A stretch of 63,109 nt of DNA from Thermoplasmatota archaeon (GCA_051745305.1 JBNJDY010000003.1:1-63109), one strand, 5' to 3'; counted from the stretch's first letter, positions 37,878 through 47,559 are shown. Numbers and translations are program-made. The notes: generated by a model not told the origin, from the sequence alone.

Positions 37878-39647
37878 CTACTCAGATAAAACCTTCATCT
37901 CCCTTTCAAGTATGCTGATCTCCCTTTCTTTCAAGGCTGATGGACTAACCGTTATCAAAAAAATTGTATCGGTTTCTGAAACCATATCTACCATATGTCT
38001 TAAGAACTGTATAGTCGCATCGAATCCCGTATGGCTTACTAAATACTCTACACCATCGAGTAGGATCACTTTGCCTTCTTCTATTATCTCTTCTAGTCTG
38101 TAAGTTATACTTTCCAGGTTCGGACGCACCGTCTTTAAGTTTTCACTCTCTCTGCTGGACAACCAAAACATTTCAGCCTCATCCAACGAATATTCTTTTA
38201 CTATTCTATTAGGGTTCACTCTAGAAATTATGTACACTTTATTATCTTTATTAAGTATATCCTCTAGAAGTTTGAAGCCTTTATCTGGACGTTCTTCTTC
38301 TATCATGTAACTTACACCAGGCTGTAATTCATCTGTAATGCCTGACGTAGTTTCTTCCACTTTTTCTTCGGTTAACCCTTGGAAACTCTTCTTTACAGTT
38401 TCTAAAGTCATATCCTGATTCAAAAGAGTCGAGAACGCTAGTAGTCGGTTAATCGCTCCTTCTATTTCCCTAACATTCTTGGTGATGTGGGCTGCTAAAA
38501 AGTCTTTTACATCATCGGGTACCTGAATGTCATGATGCTTAATTTTCTTTTCGATGATCTTCAGTCTTGTTTCATAAGACGGGGGTTCGATCCTAACCAC
38601 TAAGCCCGATTTGAACCGCGAAACCAATCTATCTTTTAAATCTGGTATATCCTCAGGAGGTCTGTCACAGGTCATTATTATCTGTCTACCTTTGCTGTCT
38701 AGATGGTTGAATAGGTAGAATATTATCTCCTGATGTTTCTCCCTACTTGCTAAGAACTGAATATCATCTAATAGTAGGATGTCGGCCTCATAGTATCTTT
38801 TTCTTAAGTCCTCCTGACCTTCTTCCCTTAAACTCGTTATGATTTCAGACGTGCAATTTTCAGTAGATGAATATACGACATTCAATTCTGGACGGTTCTC
38901 TATGATATAGTGACCGATGGCTTTGAGTAGATGAGTTTTACCTAAACCAGCATTACTGGTTAGGACGAGAGGATTGAATGTTCTTCCTTCGGACCGAGCA
39001 GATTCCTTCGATGCTACATATGCCAATTTGTTATTTTCCCCGATCACAAAATTATCGAAAGAGTATTTTTCTGGGAAAGGTGATACGTCTACTGTCTTTC
39101 CTTTCCTTTCCTTGATTATCATATCGTAAACTTCGAGCTCCTTTTCTTCCCTTTCCTTCCTATGGATGTCTTCAGTTATCTCCTTGGATTCGCTTGAAAG
39201 TAATTCATTTTCACTCTCTTCCGATGCTTTTTCCTGAATGCTTTTAGTATCCTCACCCATCTGTTCTAGTAGCTCATCAACTTCTTCAGAACTTTCAGAC
39301 GAAAAGAATGAAGCCCCTTTAGTAACTCTACCCCCTACTTTTTGGATCAGGTCGTCGATATCGACGTTCGTGTGGACCTCCATATATATATTATCAAGCT
39401 CATCCATGCCCATGATCTTTGAAAGGGCTTCATCTCCAGATATCTCCATGCCTGAAGGTGTATAAAGAAGGGCATTCCCTGGGGAGCCATTCTTTAAAGT
39501 AATGTAGCCCTCAAGCTCTTCATCCACGGTTACACGGATATAGCCCTGGAATGAATATTTATTCAGTTTTTCGAGGGTTTTAGAAAGTTTTCCAGGACCG
39601 GTTTTGTCCTGAATCTTCAAACCTTCGGGAAATTTTTTTCTTGACAA
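37878..39647 (-). CDS. Chimeric protein: unknown N-terminal domain, acidic linker, DnaA-type AAA+ domain III, and C-terminal DUF835 domain (no DnaA domain IV)
   Basis: FDNFVIGENNKLAY, Walker A GLGKTHLL, Walker B LLLDDIQF, sensor I IIMTCDRPP, RLVSRF, sensor II NVREIEGAINRL. C-terminus is VYIISRVNP...FWLS...ILLDGVEYLV...FLRHMVD...IFLITVSP (DUF835 pattern). Confidence 0.85.
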   Translation of the reverse strand: MSRKKFPEGLKIQDKTGPGKLSKTLEKLNKYSFQGYIRVTVDEELEGYITLKNGSPGNALLYTPSGMEISGDEALSKIMGMDELDNIYMEVHTNVDIDDLIQKVGGRVTKGASFFSSESSEEVDELLEQMGEDTKSIQEKASEESENELLSSESKEITEDIHRKEREEKELEVYDMIIKERKGKTVDVSPFPEKYSFDNFVIGENNKLAYVASKESARSEGRTFNPLVLTSNAGLGKTHLLKAIGHYIIENRPELNVVYSSTENCTSEIITSLREEGQEDLRKRYYEADILLLDDIQFLASREKHQEIIFYLFNHLDSKGRQIIMTCDRPPEDIPDLKDRLVSRFKSGLVVRIEPPSYETRLKIIEKKIKHHDIQVPDDVKDFLAAHITKNVREIEGAINRLLAFSTLLNQDMTLETVKKSFQGLTEEKVEETTSGITDELQPGVSYMIEEERPDKGFKLLEDILNKDNKVYIISRVNPNRIVKEYSLDEAEMFWLSSRESENLKTVRPNLESITYRLEEIIEEGKVILLDGVEYLVSHTGFDATIQFLRHMVDMVSETDTIFLITVSPSALKEREISILEREMKVLSE

Positions 39648-39732
39648 GGTGAAAGGTTAATCATAACTTAATAATAAATATGTTTCCTGTTAAAACCAAA
39701 AACACTTATCTATTTAATTCATTGTAGAACCG

Positions 39733-40323
39733 ATGAAGTACCTATACACAAGATGCCCTTATTGTCGGGCGAGTTCGTATGCAAAGGTAAAAAGCGAAAA
39801 CTCCATCGATATAGAATGTCCTTATTGTGGACAAAATTACACGGATCAAGTGGATGAAGAGTACGTTAAAGAGGCTGATTTCTATTGGGAACTGTATATA
39901 AACCTCTATCCCCCTATGAGAGAAAAATTTCGAAGAAAAAGTACTTTGTTGATCGCTGGATTTTTACTTTCTTTATCGATATTTTTCCAACTAATATCAA
40001 AAGGTCTTTTTTTGACATTTGGAAAGTACTCTATACTCTCACTCCCGCCTCTTCAATATGGTCTTGTTTTAACCAGCATGATATTCTTAGGAATAACAGT
40101 GATCGGCATCTCTAGTTCTTTTCTAAAATACTCTTTTGCCATATCATTGGTTGGAGCTTTTTTCGTTCTGTTGAATTCGGTCATGTGGTACATGATAGGT
40201 TTCAATTTGGATGGTTCTTTATTTATTTTCAGCATCAGTTTAAATTCGTTGATCTCATTCATTCTTTCATCGATATCACTATTGATCATAGTGCATAATC
40301 GGTGGTTCTTTCTTAAAAGTTGA
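39733..40323 (+). CDS. Membrane protein with N-terminal zinc ribbon
   Basis: CPYCRAS...x...CPYCGQ followed by about 4 hydrophobic segments. Confidence 0.6.
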   Translation: MKYLYTRCPYCRASSYAKVKSENSIDIECPYCGQNYTDQVDEEYVKEADFYWELYINLYPPMREKFRRKSTLLIAGFLLSLSIFFQLISKGLFLTFGKYSILSLPPLQYGLVLTSMIFLGITVIGISSSFLKYSFAISLVGAFFVLLNSVMWYMIGFNLDGSLFIFSISLNSLISFILSSISLLIIVHNRWFFLKS

Positions 40324-41298
40324 TCAAATACCCAAGTACAAGTATATCAGGTAAACAAAATACCCTGCTGTCATGACCATACCCTCTAATCTTCCTATGT
40401 CTTTGCCACTATATATAAAAATACTCAAAAAGATACTAACGGCGATCATAATCATCATATTTGGAAGAATCTCTGGTGTGAATGTTATCGGAACAAACAA
40501 GGCACAAATGCCAAGCACCATCAAAATATTGAAGGTGTTCGAACCGATTACATTCCCCATAGATATATCTGATTCTTCTTTGTAAGCTGCAACCGAAGAT
40601 GCGGCTAGCTCCGGGAGCGACGTAGCTAGGGCGATGATAGTGAGACCTACGAGACCCTCTGAAAGCTGAAATTCATTGATATAAAAAATTGCAGAACGTA
40701 TCATGAGTTCTGCTCCCAATGCGATACCTACCAAGCCCAAAGCAAGCTTGACTATGTTGATTTTCAGTTCTCTTGACTTTACTCGTTTGTATTCATTAGT
40801 TTCAAACTTATTCTCGACTACGGTCTTCTCACCTTCAACAAATGCCACCCAAACGAAGAATGTGATATATGCGATCAACCCCATAATAAGAATGATTCCC
40901 CCTAGTCTATCAATCGTGAACCCGATTGATACTATTAGTAGTAAAGACATCGCACCGAACATTATCGGGATCTCTCTTTTTATGATCCCTATATTTACTG
41001 AGATTGGTTTTATCATTGAGCTTATTCCCAAAACCAAAAGTATGTTCGCAATATTTGATCCGATTACATTACCGATAGAAATACCGGTCTTTCCTTTGAA
41101 AACTGCATTTAAACTGGATGCCAGTTCAGGTATCGATGTTCCAAACGAGACTAATGTCAATCCGATGACCAGCGCTGGAACTCCTAAATAGGCTGCAGTT
41201 TTACTACCCCCTTCGACTAAAAAATCTGCCCCTTTGATCAGAATGACTACTCCCACTACCAAGATGGTGGTCCATCCTATCAGTTCCAATGCCATCAT
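40324..41298 (-). CDS. Ca2+/cation antiporter (CaCA family, YrbG-like)
   Basis: Alpha-repeat motifs GTSIPELASS and ATSLPELAAS, plus GNVIGSN twice. Confidence 0.9.
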   Translation of the reverse strand: MMALELIGWTTILVVGVVILIKGADFLVEGGSKTAAYLGVPALVIGLTLVSFGTSIPELASSLNAVFKGKTGISIGNVIGSNIANILLVLGISSMIKPISVNIGIIKREIPIMFGAMSLLLIVSIGFTIDRLGGIILIMGLIAYITFFVWVAFVEGEKTVVENKFETNEYKRVKSRELKINIVKLALGLVGIALGAELMIRSAIFYINEFQLSEGLVGLTIIALATSLPELAASSVAAYKEESDISMGNVIGSNTFNILMVLGICALFVPITFTPEILPNMMIMIAVSIFLSIFIYSGKDIGRLEGMVMTAGYFVYLIYLYLGI

Positions 41299-41383
41299 CT
41301 CTTGATATATATCCAGTTATAAATAATTGACCTAAATAGGTATTAAAAAATTATTAGTATATGGATAGTTTATTTGGTGAAGC

Positions 41384-42568
41384 GTGCAGCAAATGGATAT
41401 CAAAAAAATCAACGGGAATCTCACCTTACTAGGTGTCGATTACATCGGAGATGAAGGGGTCAATGAAAGCGTACTAAATTATATCAAAGAAAACGAGCCA
41501 GATAAAGTGGGGATCGCTCTCTGCGAAACGAGGTTCGAAACCCTAGAAGGGGATGACGACTGGAAAGAAAAACCCCTGTTACCTACGTATAAAGAGGGGA
41601 AGATCGGACCACTGATCTATCAAACGTTTGTAGACTCCATCAATGAAAATTTAAGAAGGTTCAAAAATATCGATCCAGAAATTCATGTTGCACGTTTGGT
41701 ACCCTTCATGGATAAACTTGACACGGATGTCGAATTTATAGACAGGGATATCACTCTGACATTGGGTAGGGCATATCAAAACATGTCCATTTTAGAGAAA
41801 TTAAAGATGATCAAATACCTGAAAGCTACGATGCTCAGCTTTTCTGGTAAAAAGAAAAGCGAATCTGTTGACGATATAAAATATCATGACGATTTAGTTG
41901 AAGGAGTTTTAGAGAAGCTTGAAAAGTTCGCACCGTCGGTTGTTAATAAAGCGAGGCGTGAGCGAAACGAGTACATGGCTAAGAAATTGTATGATTTCAG
42001 TAAAAGAGGAACGGTCGTCGCAGTATTACCAAAAAGCAGGATCTATAATGTTTTCAAGGAAGTCAATCGTTTAAAGATGGAGGAACGCTTCAAAGGCGAA
42101 AATATAGGAGTGAAACATCTTGAAAAGATCGGTAAAAAGGTTTATTCTAAAGTTATACGTTACACTTCTTCTATTTTTTTCATAGCACTAGCAGTTTATC
42201 TTTTCCTATTTTCAGATGTTCTAAACATATGGCGTGCATGGCTTTATTGGTTCTTGGCTGTAGGAGGTATGTCAGCTCTAGGTTCTGCGTTGGCAAAGGG
42301 ACATCCTTTTTCGATAATCATCTCGTTCCTGTTAGCACCATTCATGTCTCTAACACTACACGGTCCTGGATGGATCTCCGGTTATGTTGAATTAAAAGTT
42401 AGAAATCCGACCATGTCAGATGTACAACATTTAACATCATGTAAGAACGCTTCAGAATTTCTTTCAAACAACATTATGAAGGTATTTTTAGTAGGTACAT
42501 TTTCTAATATATTCACATGGATAGGTCTGTTTGTGGTATTGCCACTGTTGATTAGGTTCGTAGGATAG
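41384..42568 (+). CDS. TraB/PrgY/GumN family protein with C-terminal TM region
   Basis: N-terminal ...LLGVDYIG......V...I....PDKVGIALCETR pattern and C-terminal hydrophobic segments. Confidence 0.7.
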   Translation: MQQMDIKKINGNLTLLGVDYIGDEGVNESVLNYIKENEPDKVGIALCETRFETLEGDDDWKEKPLLPTYKEGKIGPLIYQTFVDSINENLRRFKNIDPEIHVARLVPFMDKLDTDVEFIDRDITLTLGRAYQNMSILEKLKMIKYLKATMLSFSGKKKSESVDDIKYHDDLVEGVLEKLEKFAPSVVNKARRERNEYMAKKLYDFSKRGTVVAVLPKSRIYNVFKEVNRLKMEERFKGENIGVKHLEKIGKKVYSKVIRYTSSIFFIALAVYLFLFSDVLNIWRAWLYWFLAVGGMSALGSALAKGHPFSIIISFLLAPFMSLTLHGPGWISGYVELKVRNPTMSDVQHLTSCKNASEFLSNNIMKVFLVGTFSNIFTWIGLFVVLPLLIRFVG

Positions 42569-42610
42569 TGAAAAATAATATATCACCCTCTTCCTTAATT
42601 AGCGCATCAG

Positions 42611-43459
42611 ATGAGATATAAAAAATACCTTAAAAGAGTCTTTGAAGGAGCTCTGATGGGGATGGCTAACATCATCCCTGGTGTGTCTGGAGGGACCATG
42701 GCTCTTGTGACTGGAATATATGATAGATTGATACATTCCATCAACACGATCCCTTTAGATGCCCCTATAACATTAATTAAAGGGGATTTTCGAAAGTTTC
42801 GGAAAAAACTTCAAAAGATAGATTACCACTTTCTGATCCCTCTGATCATCGGTATACTTGTAGGTTCTTTACTCCTAGCTAGGGCTATAGAATTTATTCT
42901 TGATTCATATCCTGCAGTCACTTACTCTTTCTTTTTCGGTCTCATACTTGCCGGTCTTGGTGTGATATATAAGTATATAGAAAAAATAGATGTTAAAAAT
43001 ATATTCTGGGGGGTTGTAGGCTTCCTATTTGCCTTTCTTATCGTTGGACTCCCGAATTTACAAACGGATCCAAGTCTAACACTGGTTTTTATAATCGGGA
43101 TATTCGTAATAATTTCAATGATACTACCAGGGATATCTGGTGCATTCATACTTATATTTCTAAAACAGTACGATTATATGCTGAACGCATTGAATGATCT
43201 TGACATTCTAGTGATACTTACATTCTCAGCTGGAGGGTTGGTCGGTCTTTTCGGATTTTCAAGATTACTTGACTTTTTATTGAAAAAACATAAATCTTTG
43301 ATGATGTCGTTCCTTTTCGGGCTTATGGTCGGAGGTCTACGAGCGCCTGGAAGTGAAGTTATGGCTATAGATCCTCCCTTGCATGAGATATTATTACCTG
43401 CAATACTCGGTGCCTTTTTGGTCATACTTTTAGAATATAAATATGTGCACCGTGATTAA
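42611..43459 (+). CDS. DUF368 membrane protein
   Basis: GMANIIPGVSGGTMAL and a second PGISGAFILIF motif. Confidence 0.85.
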   Translation: MRYKKYLKRVFEGALMGMANIIPGVSGGTMALVTGIYDRLIHSINTIPLDAPITLIKGDFRKFRKKLQKIDYHFLIPLIIGILVGSLLLARAIEFILDSYPAVTYSFFFGLILAGLGVIYKYIEKIDVKNIFWGVVGFLFAFLIVGLPNLQTDPSLTLVFIIGIFVIISMILPGISGAFILIFLKQYDYMLNALNDLDILVILTFSAGGLVGLFGFSRLLDFLLKKHKSLMMSFLFGLMVGGLRAPGSEVMAIDPPLHEILLPAILGAFLVILLEYKYVHRD

Positions 43460-44115
43460 ATTCTTTTGAATCCACGACGCACATATCCAAAGATAGCTCT
43501 TCTTATGTAGAAGAATGTTTGAATATACGTTCTGTCTTTTCCCCCAGCATCAACATTACCCTTTTTTATCTGTGTGATGACATCCTCCCAGGAATCAAGA
43601 TTATCAAATATTGTGTAAGCTTTCCCTACCGTTTTCAATCGATGTGCATCACTACCTCCGATTATTGGAAGATTCATCTTTCTAGCAGCCTTTCTAGCCT
43701 TTACATTTTTGGAGTGCCAACTTCTACCATTCAAACCCTCTATAGCCGCCCAATTGTTTGAAAAAAGTTTTTCTTCAGTCATACCAGACCAGTACCTATA
43801 TGCGTGGGGTGCTGCGGCTATAGCGCCCTGTTCATCGATCTTATCTATAGCCTCGGCGATTGTTGGCTGTTTACCTATCTCCTCCTGTATCCCTATGGCC
43901 ATGACATGACCCTCCCTAGTACTAACTTCTATTCCCGGCACCAATATCAGAGAACTGTTTTTATTCTTGATACTCCTGTAACCTTTTAACGTGTTGTGAT
44001 CCATCAAAGCTAAACCATCTAGGCCAACGGATTCAGCTTTTTTCATAATGTCCTCTGGGCTACCATTAGAATCGCCCGAATAAGTGGAGTGGACGTGCAT
44101 GTCTATCTTCATCAA
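43456..44115 (-). CDS. PHP-domain metal-dependent phosphoesterase
   Basis: MKIDMHVHSTYSGDS...LMDHN...GGSDAH. Confidence 0.85.
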   Translation of the reverse strand: MMKIDMHVHSTYSGDSNGSPEDIMKKAESVGLDGLALMDHNTLKGYRSIKNKNSSLILVPGIEVSTREGHVMAIGIQEEIGKQPTIAEAIDKIDEQGAIAAAPHAYRYWSGMTEEKLFSNNWAAIEGLNGRSWHSKNVKARKAARKMNLPIIGGSDAHRLKTVGKAYTIFDNLDSWEDVITQIKKGNVDAGGKDRTYIQTFFYIRRAIFGYVRRGFKRI

Positions 44116-44678
44116 TATCCCTCAATATAATCTAAGACATTTTTAGCGATTTCACATTCTTGATTTTCAAGGGTTTTATATATTTTTTCTTTTAACATTT
44201 CTTTCTGTTCTCCGTCGACTAACGGGACTCTTGTTGCGTAAACCATGGCATCTACTAGAGGATTTTCTCTTTGAATGAATTTACCGTCACCTATTTTTTC
44301 CATTACAATTCCCTCTACTTTAGAAACAACAGATTTCCCGTATCGGTCCTGAGTTTTGTATTCATCGATATTTTCTACCTTACAACAATATATGACAGTA
44401 GCGTCTCTTGGGTAATAAAAACCTGCCTGGTTTTCCATATTGACTTTGGAAACTTCTTGATATCCTAGTTCGTTACTACCCGTCAATGCAGATTTGTAAA
44501 ATAAAGAAGGATCATCAGTCAAAGAAAAGGTGAACTCAAGATGCTTTTGTAAATTTCTGATAGAATCCGAGGGGTGGTAAATATTCAACTTGATGGTGTC
44601 CTTTTCTATAACAGCACCAGCCGCTGACGTATTCAGATGACTGTTCCACGTCACCAAAATACCTTCATATCTAGGCAT
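44112..44678 (-). CDS. DUF447 family (FMN-binding split-barrel-like) protein
   Basis: N-terminal pattern resembles DUF447. 4-nt overlap with the PHP gene. Confidence 0.55.
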   Translation of the reverse strand: MPRYEGILVTWNSHLNTSAAGAVIEKDTIKLNIYHPSDSIRNLQKHLEFTFSLTDDPSLFYKSALTGSNELGYQEVSKVNMENQAGFYYPRDATVIYCCKVENIDEYKTQDRYGKSVVSKVEGIVMEKIGDGKFIQRENPLVDAMVYATRVPLVDGEQKEMLKEKIYKTLENQECEIAKNVLDYIEGY

Positions 44679-44686
44679 AGTAAAAC

Positions 44687-45115
44687 TTACGCCACCTCCA
44701 TACCTCTAGGTGGTTTCTTTCCTTTACCCTTATCCGGTAAATTGACTTTGGGCAGAGGTATAGGAGGTGGAAGCTTTATTTCACGAGATATAAGTACTGA
44801 TTGTGGGATGCAGTTCTGTATGATCGTTGAGTGGATTTTGTTTGCGATCTCTTTGGGCATCTCGTTATTTTCCCTCCATTTTTTTGCAAGGTCCGACGGA
44901 GCGTCTTTAAGTTTTAAGCTACCCTCTAATTCTATTCTACCCATGCTGGAATAGCTTGCTGTAAATCTAAAATATACGTCAAAAGAATCCTTTGTGATCT
45001 GTTTTATCTTCGTGACAGAACTGTTGTGGTCTATCCTCACGTTCTTTTTAGGTTTACCTGATGTAGTGAACCGTTCCGCATCAATGGATTTGATCTCGAA
45101 CTTAGTGATTGACAT
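44687..45115 (-). CDS. Hypothetical protein with Pro/Lys-rich tail (start taken at MSITKFEIK)
   Basis: ORF; no recognised domain. C-terminus is KLPPPIPLPKVNLPDKGKGKKPPRG. Confidence 0.5.
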   Translation of the reverse strand: MSITKFEIKSIDAERFTTSGKPKKNVRIDHNSSVTKIKQITKDSFDVYFRFTASYSSMGRIELEGSLKLKDAPSDLAKKWRENNEMPKEIANKIHSTIIQNCIPQSVLISREIKLPPPIPLPKVNLPDKGKGKKPPRGMEVA

Positions 45116-45266
45116 GTAGTATAATATCCTTCGGTGATTTAATAATCTTTCCATATTTAGATTCACAACTGGGTTCTAGGTCATCTGTAGTTCGAATATA
45201 AGCAAAATCTTTATAATCTTCCAACATGTTTGTAAAGTGGCTTATTTGTTGAAAGTCGTGGTTATT

Positions 45267-45623
45267 ATGACAGCGAACACAATAGAAAAAGTTTTAAGCA
45301 GTATCAAAAAGAATCTTGATGTGGATGATGTCACTTTGATCTCTAGAAGTGGAATGCATATAGGTGGTGACGTCCCGGATAATGCACATATGGAAACTTT
45401 TGTGGCTATGTCTGCAATCCTATTAGGTGCAGCGGAAACTGCTACATCTGAATTAGAGGAAGAATTATCACATGTAGTGGTCGAACTAAAAAACTCTCGA
45501 GTTTTAGTTATGAATAATGGTCCGTCAGCCTTGTTGGCGATTAAGATGTCTCAAGACAATGATGTCGATGCTGTTTTAGAAGGTATAAAAGAACCAATGG
45601 AAGAACTTGAAGAGTTGTTGTAG
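45267..45623 (+). CDS. Roadblock/LC7 (MglB-like) domain protein
   Basis: ...VTLISRSGMHIGGD......ETFVAMSAILLGAAE.......L..VVVEL.NSRVLVM....ALLAI pattern. Confidence 0.7.
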   Translation: MTANTIEKVLSSIKKNLDVDDVTLISRSGMHIGGDVPDNAHMETFVAMSAILLGAAETATSELEEELSHVVVELKNSRVLVMNNGPSALLAIKMSQDNDVDAVLEGIKEPMEELEELL

Positions 45624-45638
45624 ATAAGGGGTGGTAAA

Positions 45639-47123
45639 ATGACTAAAGGTTTTATCAATTGTAATGTAATATCTCTAGCTGGACGTTCAAAAAAATACCA
45701 TGGGTTTTTAGTAGAAGACGGCAAGGTCACCTGTACTGAGGATTATGACAAGATCATGAAGAATAGTAAAGAAAAAATCAACTTAAAAGGTTACACCGTC
45801 CTACCAGGTTTTGTCGATTCTCACGTACATCTCATGCAGATGGGCTTAGAGAAGAGATGGGTTGATCTTTCAGACACTGACAGCTTTGAAGAGGCGATAT
45901 ATTATTTAGAGAAAGAGATCGATAAAAAAGATGATGGTGAATGGATAATTGGTGTAGATTTCGACGATACCAAATGGAAAAAATCAAGCTATCCATCTAA
46001 AAAAGAACTAGATGAAATCAGCGAAAATCATCCTATTATTTTAAAAAGGATATGTGGTCATATAGGCGTGGCTAATTCTAAAGCATTAGAGTTGATTGAC
46101 AAGGATTGGGATAAAGTTGACCGGAACACGGGTATACTGAAAGAAGAAGCCGTTTGGAACCTAGATGAAGTTTATGAAATCGACAGAGAAACTAGGAAGG
46201 ACGCTATCAAAGAAGGGATCAAAAAAGCCCATGAATTGGGTGTGACTGGAATTCACGAGGTTGTCGATAGAGACGGCTGGGAGGCCTACGCTGAATTGGA
46301 CGATGAAACTGAATTAAATCTTAGAGTACGATGTTATCTCCATTATGATGAGATAGGAGATCTAGAACCTGTTAATAGAAGCGAATTCCTCGCTCTTAGA
46401 GGTGTAAAAGTGTTTGCAGACGGGTCTTTCGGTGGCCGAACAGCGGCACTTAATGAAGAATATAAAGATGACCCGGGAAATACAGGTCTGCTGATGCATA
46501 CTAAAGAGGAACTAGATGATATCATATCTATGGCAGAAAGTAAAGGGTTCCAATGCATGATACATGCCATAGGTGATAGAGCTATCGATTTAGTATTGGA
46601 TGCATATTCGGACAGTGCAGAAAGGATCAAAGAACTTCGACATAGGATAGAGCATGCAGAGATGCTGTATGATAAGAACATCAAAAGGATAAGAGAACTC
46701 GGATTAGTTCTTTCGATTCAACCAAATTTTGCTTATAAATGGTCTCAACCGGGAGGTATGAATGAAAAGAGGTTAGGTAAGGAAAGGTTGGAAAAGTGTG
46801 ACCCGCTTTGGAATATTCAGAGGGCCTTGGTGAAAATGGCTTTCGGGTCAGATAACATGCCCATGTCACCTCTTTTCGGCATCTATGCAGCCACTAATCA
46901 TCCTTTATTAGAGCAAAGGATTTCCACCTACAATGCTCTTCAAAGCTATATCTCGAATAGTGCGTACATCGGAAGAGATGAAAACGAGTTAGGTGAGCTC
47001 GTGGAAGGTAAAAAGGCAGACTTCGTAGTTCTATCTGAAAATCCACTGAACGCTGAAAATTTGAAAGATATTGAAGTAAAAATGACGGTCGTGAATGGTA
47101 AAATCGTTTACGATAATAGATGA
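45639..47123 (+). CDS. Amidohydrolase family 3 (YtcJ-like metal-dependent hydrolase)
   Basis: LPGFVDSHVHL, HAIGDRA, IEHAE, GSDNMP motifs. Confidence 0.85.
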   Translation: MTKGFINCNVISLAGRSKKYHGFLVEDGKVTCTEDYDKIMKNSKEKINLKGYTVLPGFVDSHVHLMQMGLEKRWVDLSDTDSFEEAIYYLEKEIDKKDDGEWIIGVDFDDTKWKKSSYPSKKELDEISENHPIILKRICGHIGVANSKALELIDKDWDKVDRNTGILKEEAVWNLDEVYEIDRETRKDAIKEGIKKAHELGVTGIHEVVDRDGWEAYAELDDETELNLRVRCYLHYDEIGDLEPVNRSEFLALRGVKVFADGSFGGRTAALNEEYKDDPGNTGLLMHTKEELDDIISMAESKGFQCMIHAIGDRAIDLVLDAYSDSAERIKELRHRIEHAEMLYDKNIKRIRELGLVLSIQPNFAYKWSQPGGMNEKRLGKERLEKCDPLWNIQRALVKMAFGSDNMPMSPLFGIYAATNHPLLEQRISTYNALQSYISNSAYIGRDENELGELVEGKKADFVVLSENPLNAENLKDIEVKMTVVNGKIVYDNR

Positions 47124-47166
47124 GTTGAAAATCGATTATATTAAATAACCGAAGTGTATTTTAGAA

Positions 47167-47559
47167 ATGGTTGATAATATGGCTGAGATAGATAAAGAAT
47201 TAAAATACACTGAAAATCATGAGTGGATCAAAGTAGAAGGTGACGAGATAACCTACGGTATCACGGATTATGCACAGGACGAACTGGGGGATATAGTTTA
47301 CGTGGAATTACCTATTGAAAATGAAGAAGTTGAAAAGGGAGAGGTCATAGGCGTTGTAGAATCAGTAAAAACCGTTTCCGACTTATACGCCCCGGTTTCA
47401 GGGACTATAAAAAATGTGAACACAGATCTCGAAGGGGAACCAGAGAAGATAAATGAGAAACCGTTTGGAGAAGGTTGGATCGCCAAAATTGAGATGGACG
47501 ATGAATCCGAGTTGGACGATTTACTCACCGCTGAGGATTACAAAAAAGAAACTGAATAA
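47167..47559 (+). CDS. gcvH: Glycine cleavage system H protein
   Basis: YTENHEWIK and lipoyl-lysine motif VESVKTVSDLYAPVSG. Confidence 0.95.
   Translation: MVDNMAEIDKELKYTENHEWIKVEGDEITYGITDYAQDELGDIVYVELPIENEEVEKGEVIGVVESVKTVSDLYAPVSGTIKNVNTDLEGEPEKINEKPFGEGWIAKIEMDDESELDDLLTAEDYKKETE

Noticed and set aside
39648-39732. Replication origin / DnaA boxes next to the DnaA-like gene
   Set aside because: The 85-nt spacer shows no repeated TTATCCACA-like 9-mers or ORB-like repeats. The protein lacks the box-reading domain IV, so there is no basis for calling an origin.
33637-40323. Integrated mobile element at tRNA-Glu
   Set aside because: An att-like 17-nt repeat exists, but the two copies are only 160 nt apart. 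I found no integrase, transposase, or further copy of the repeat downstream in the window.
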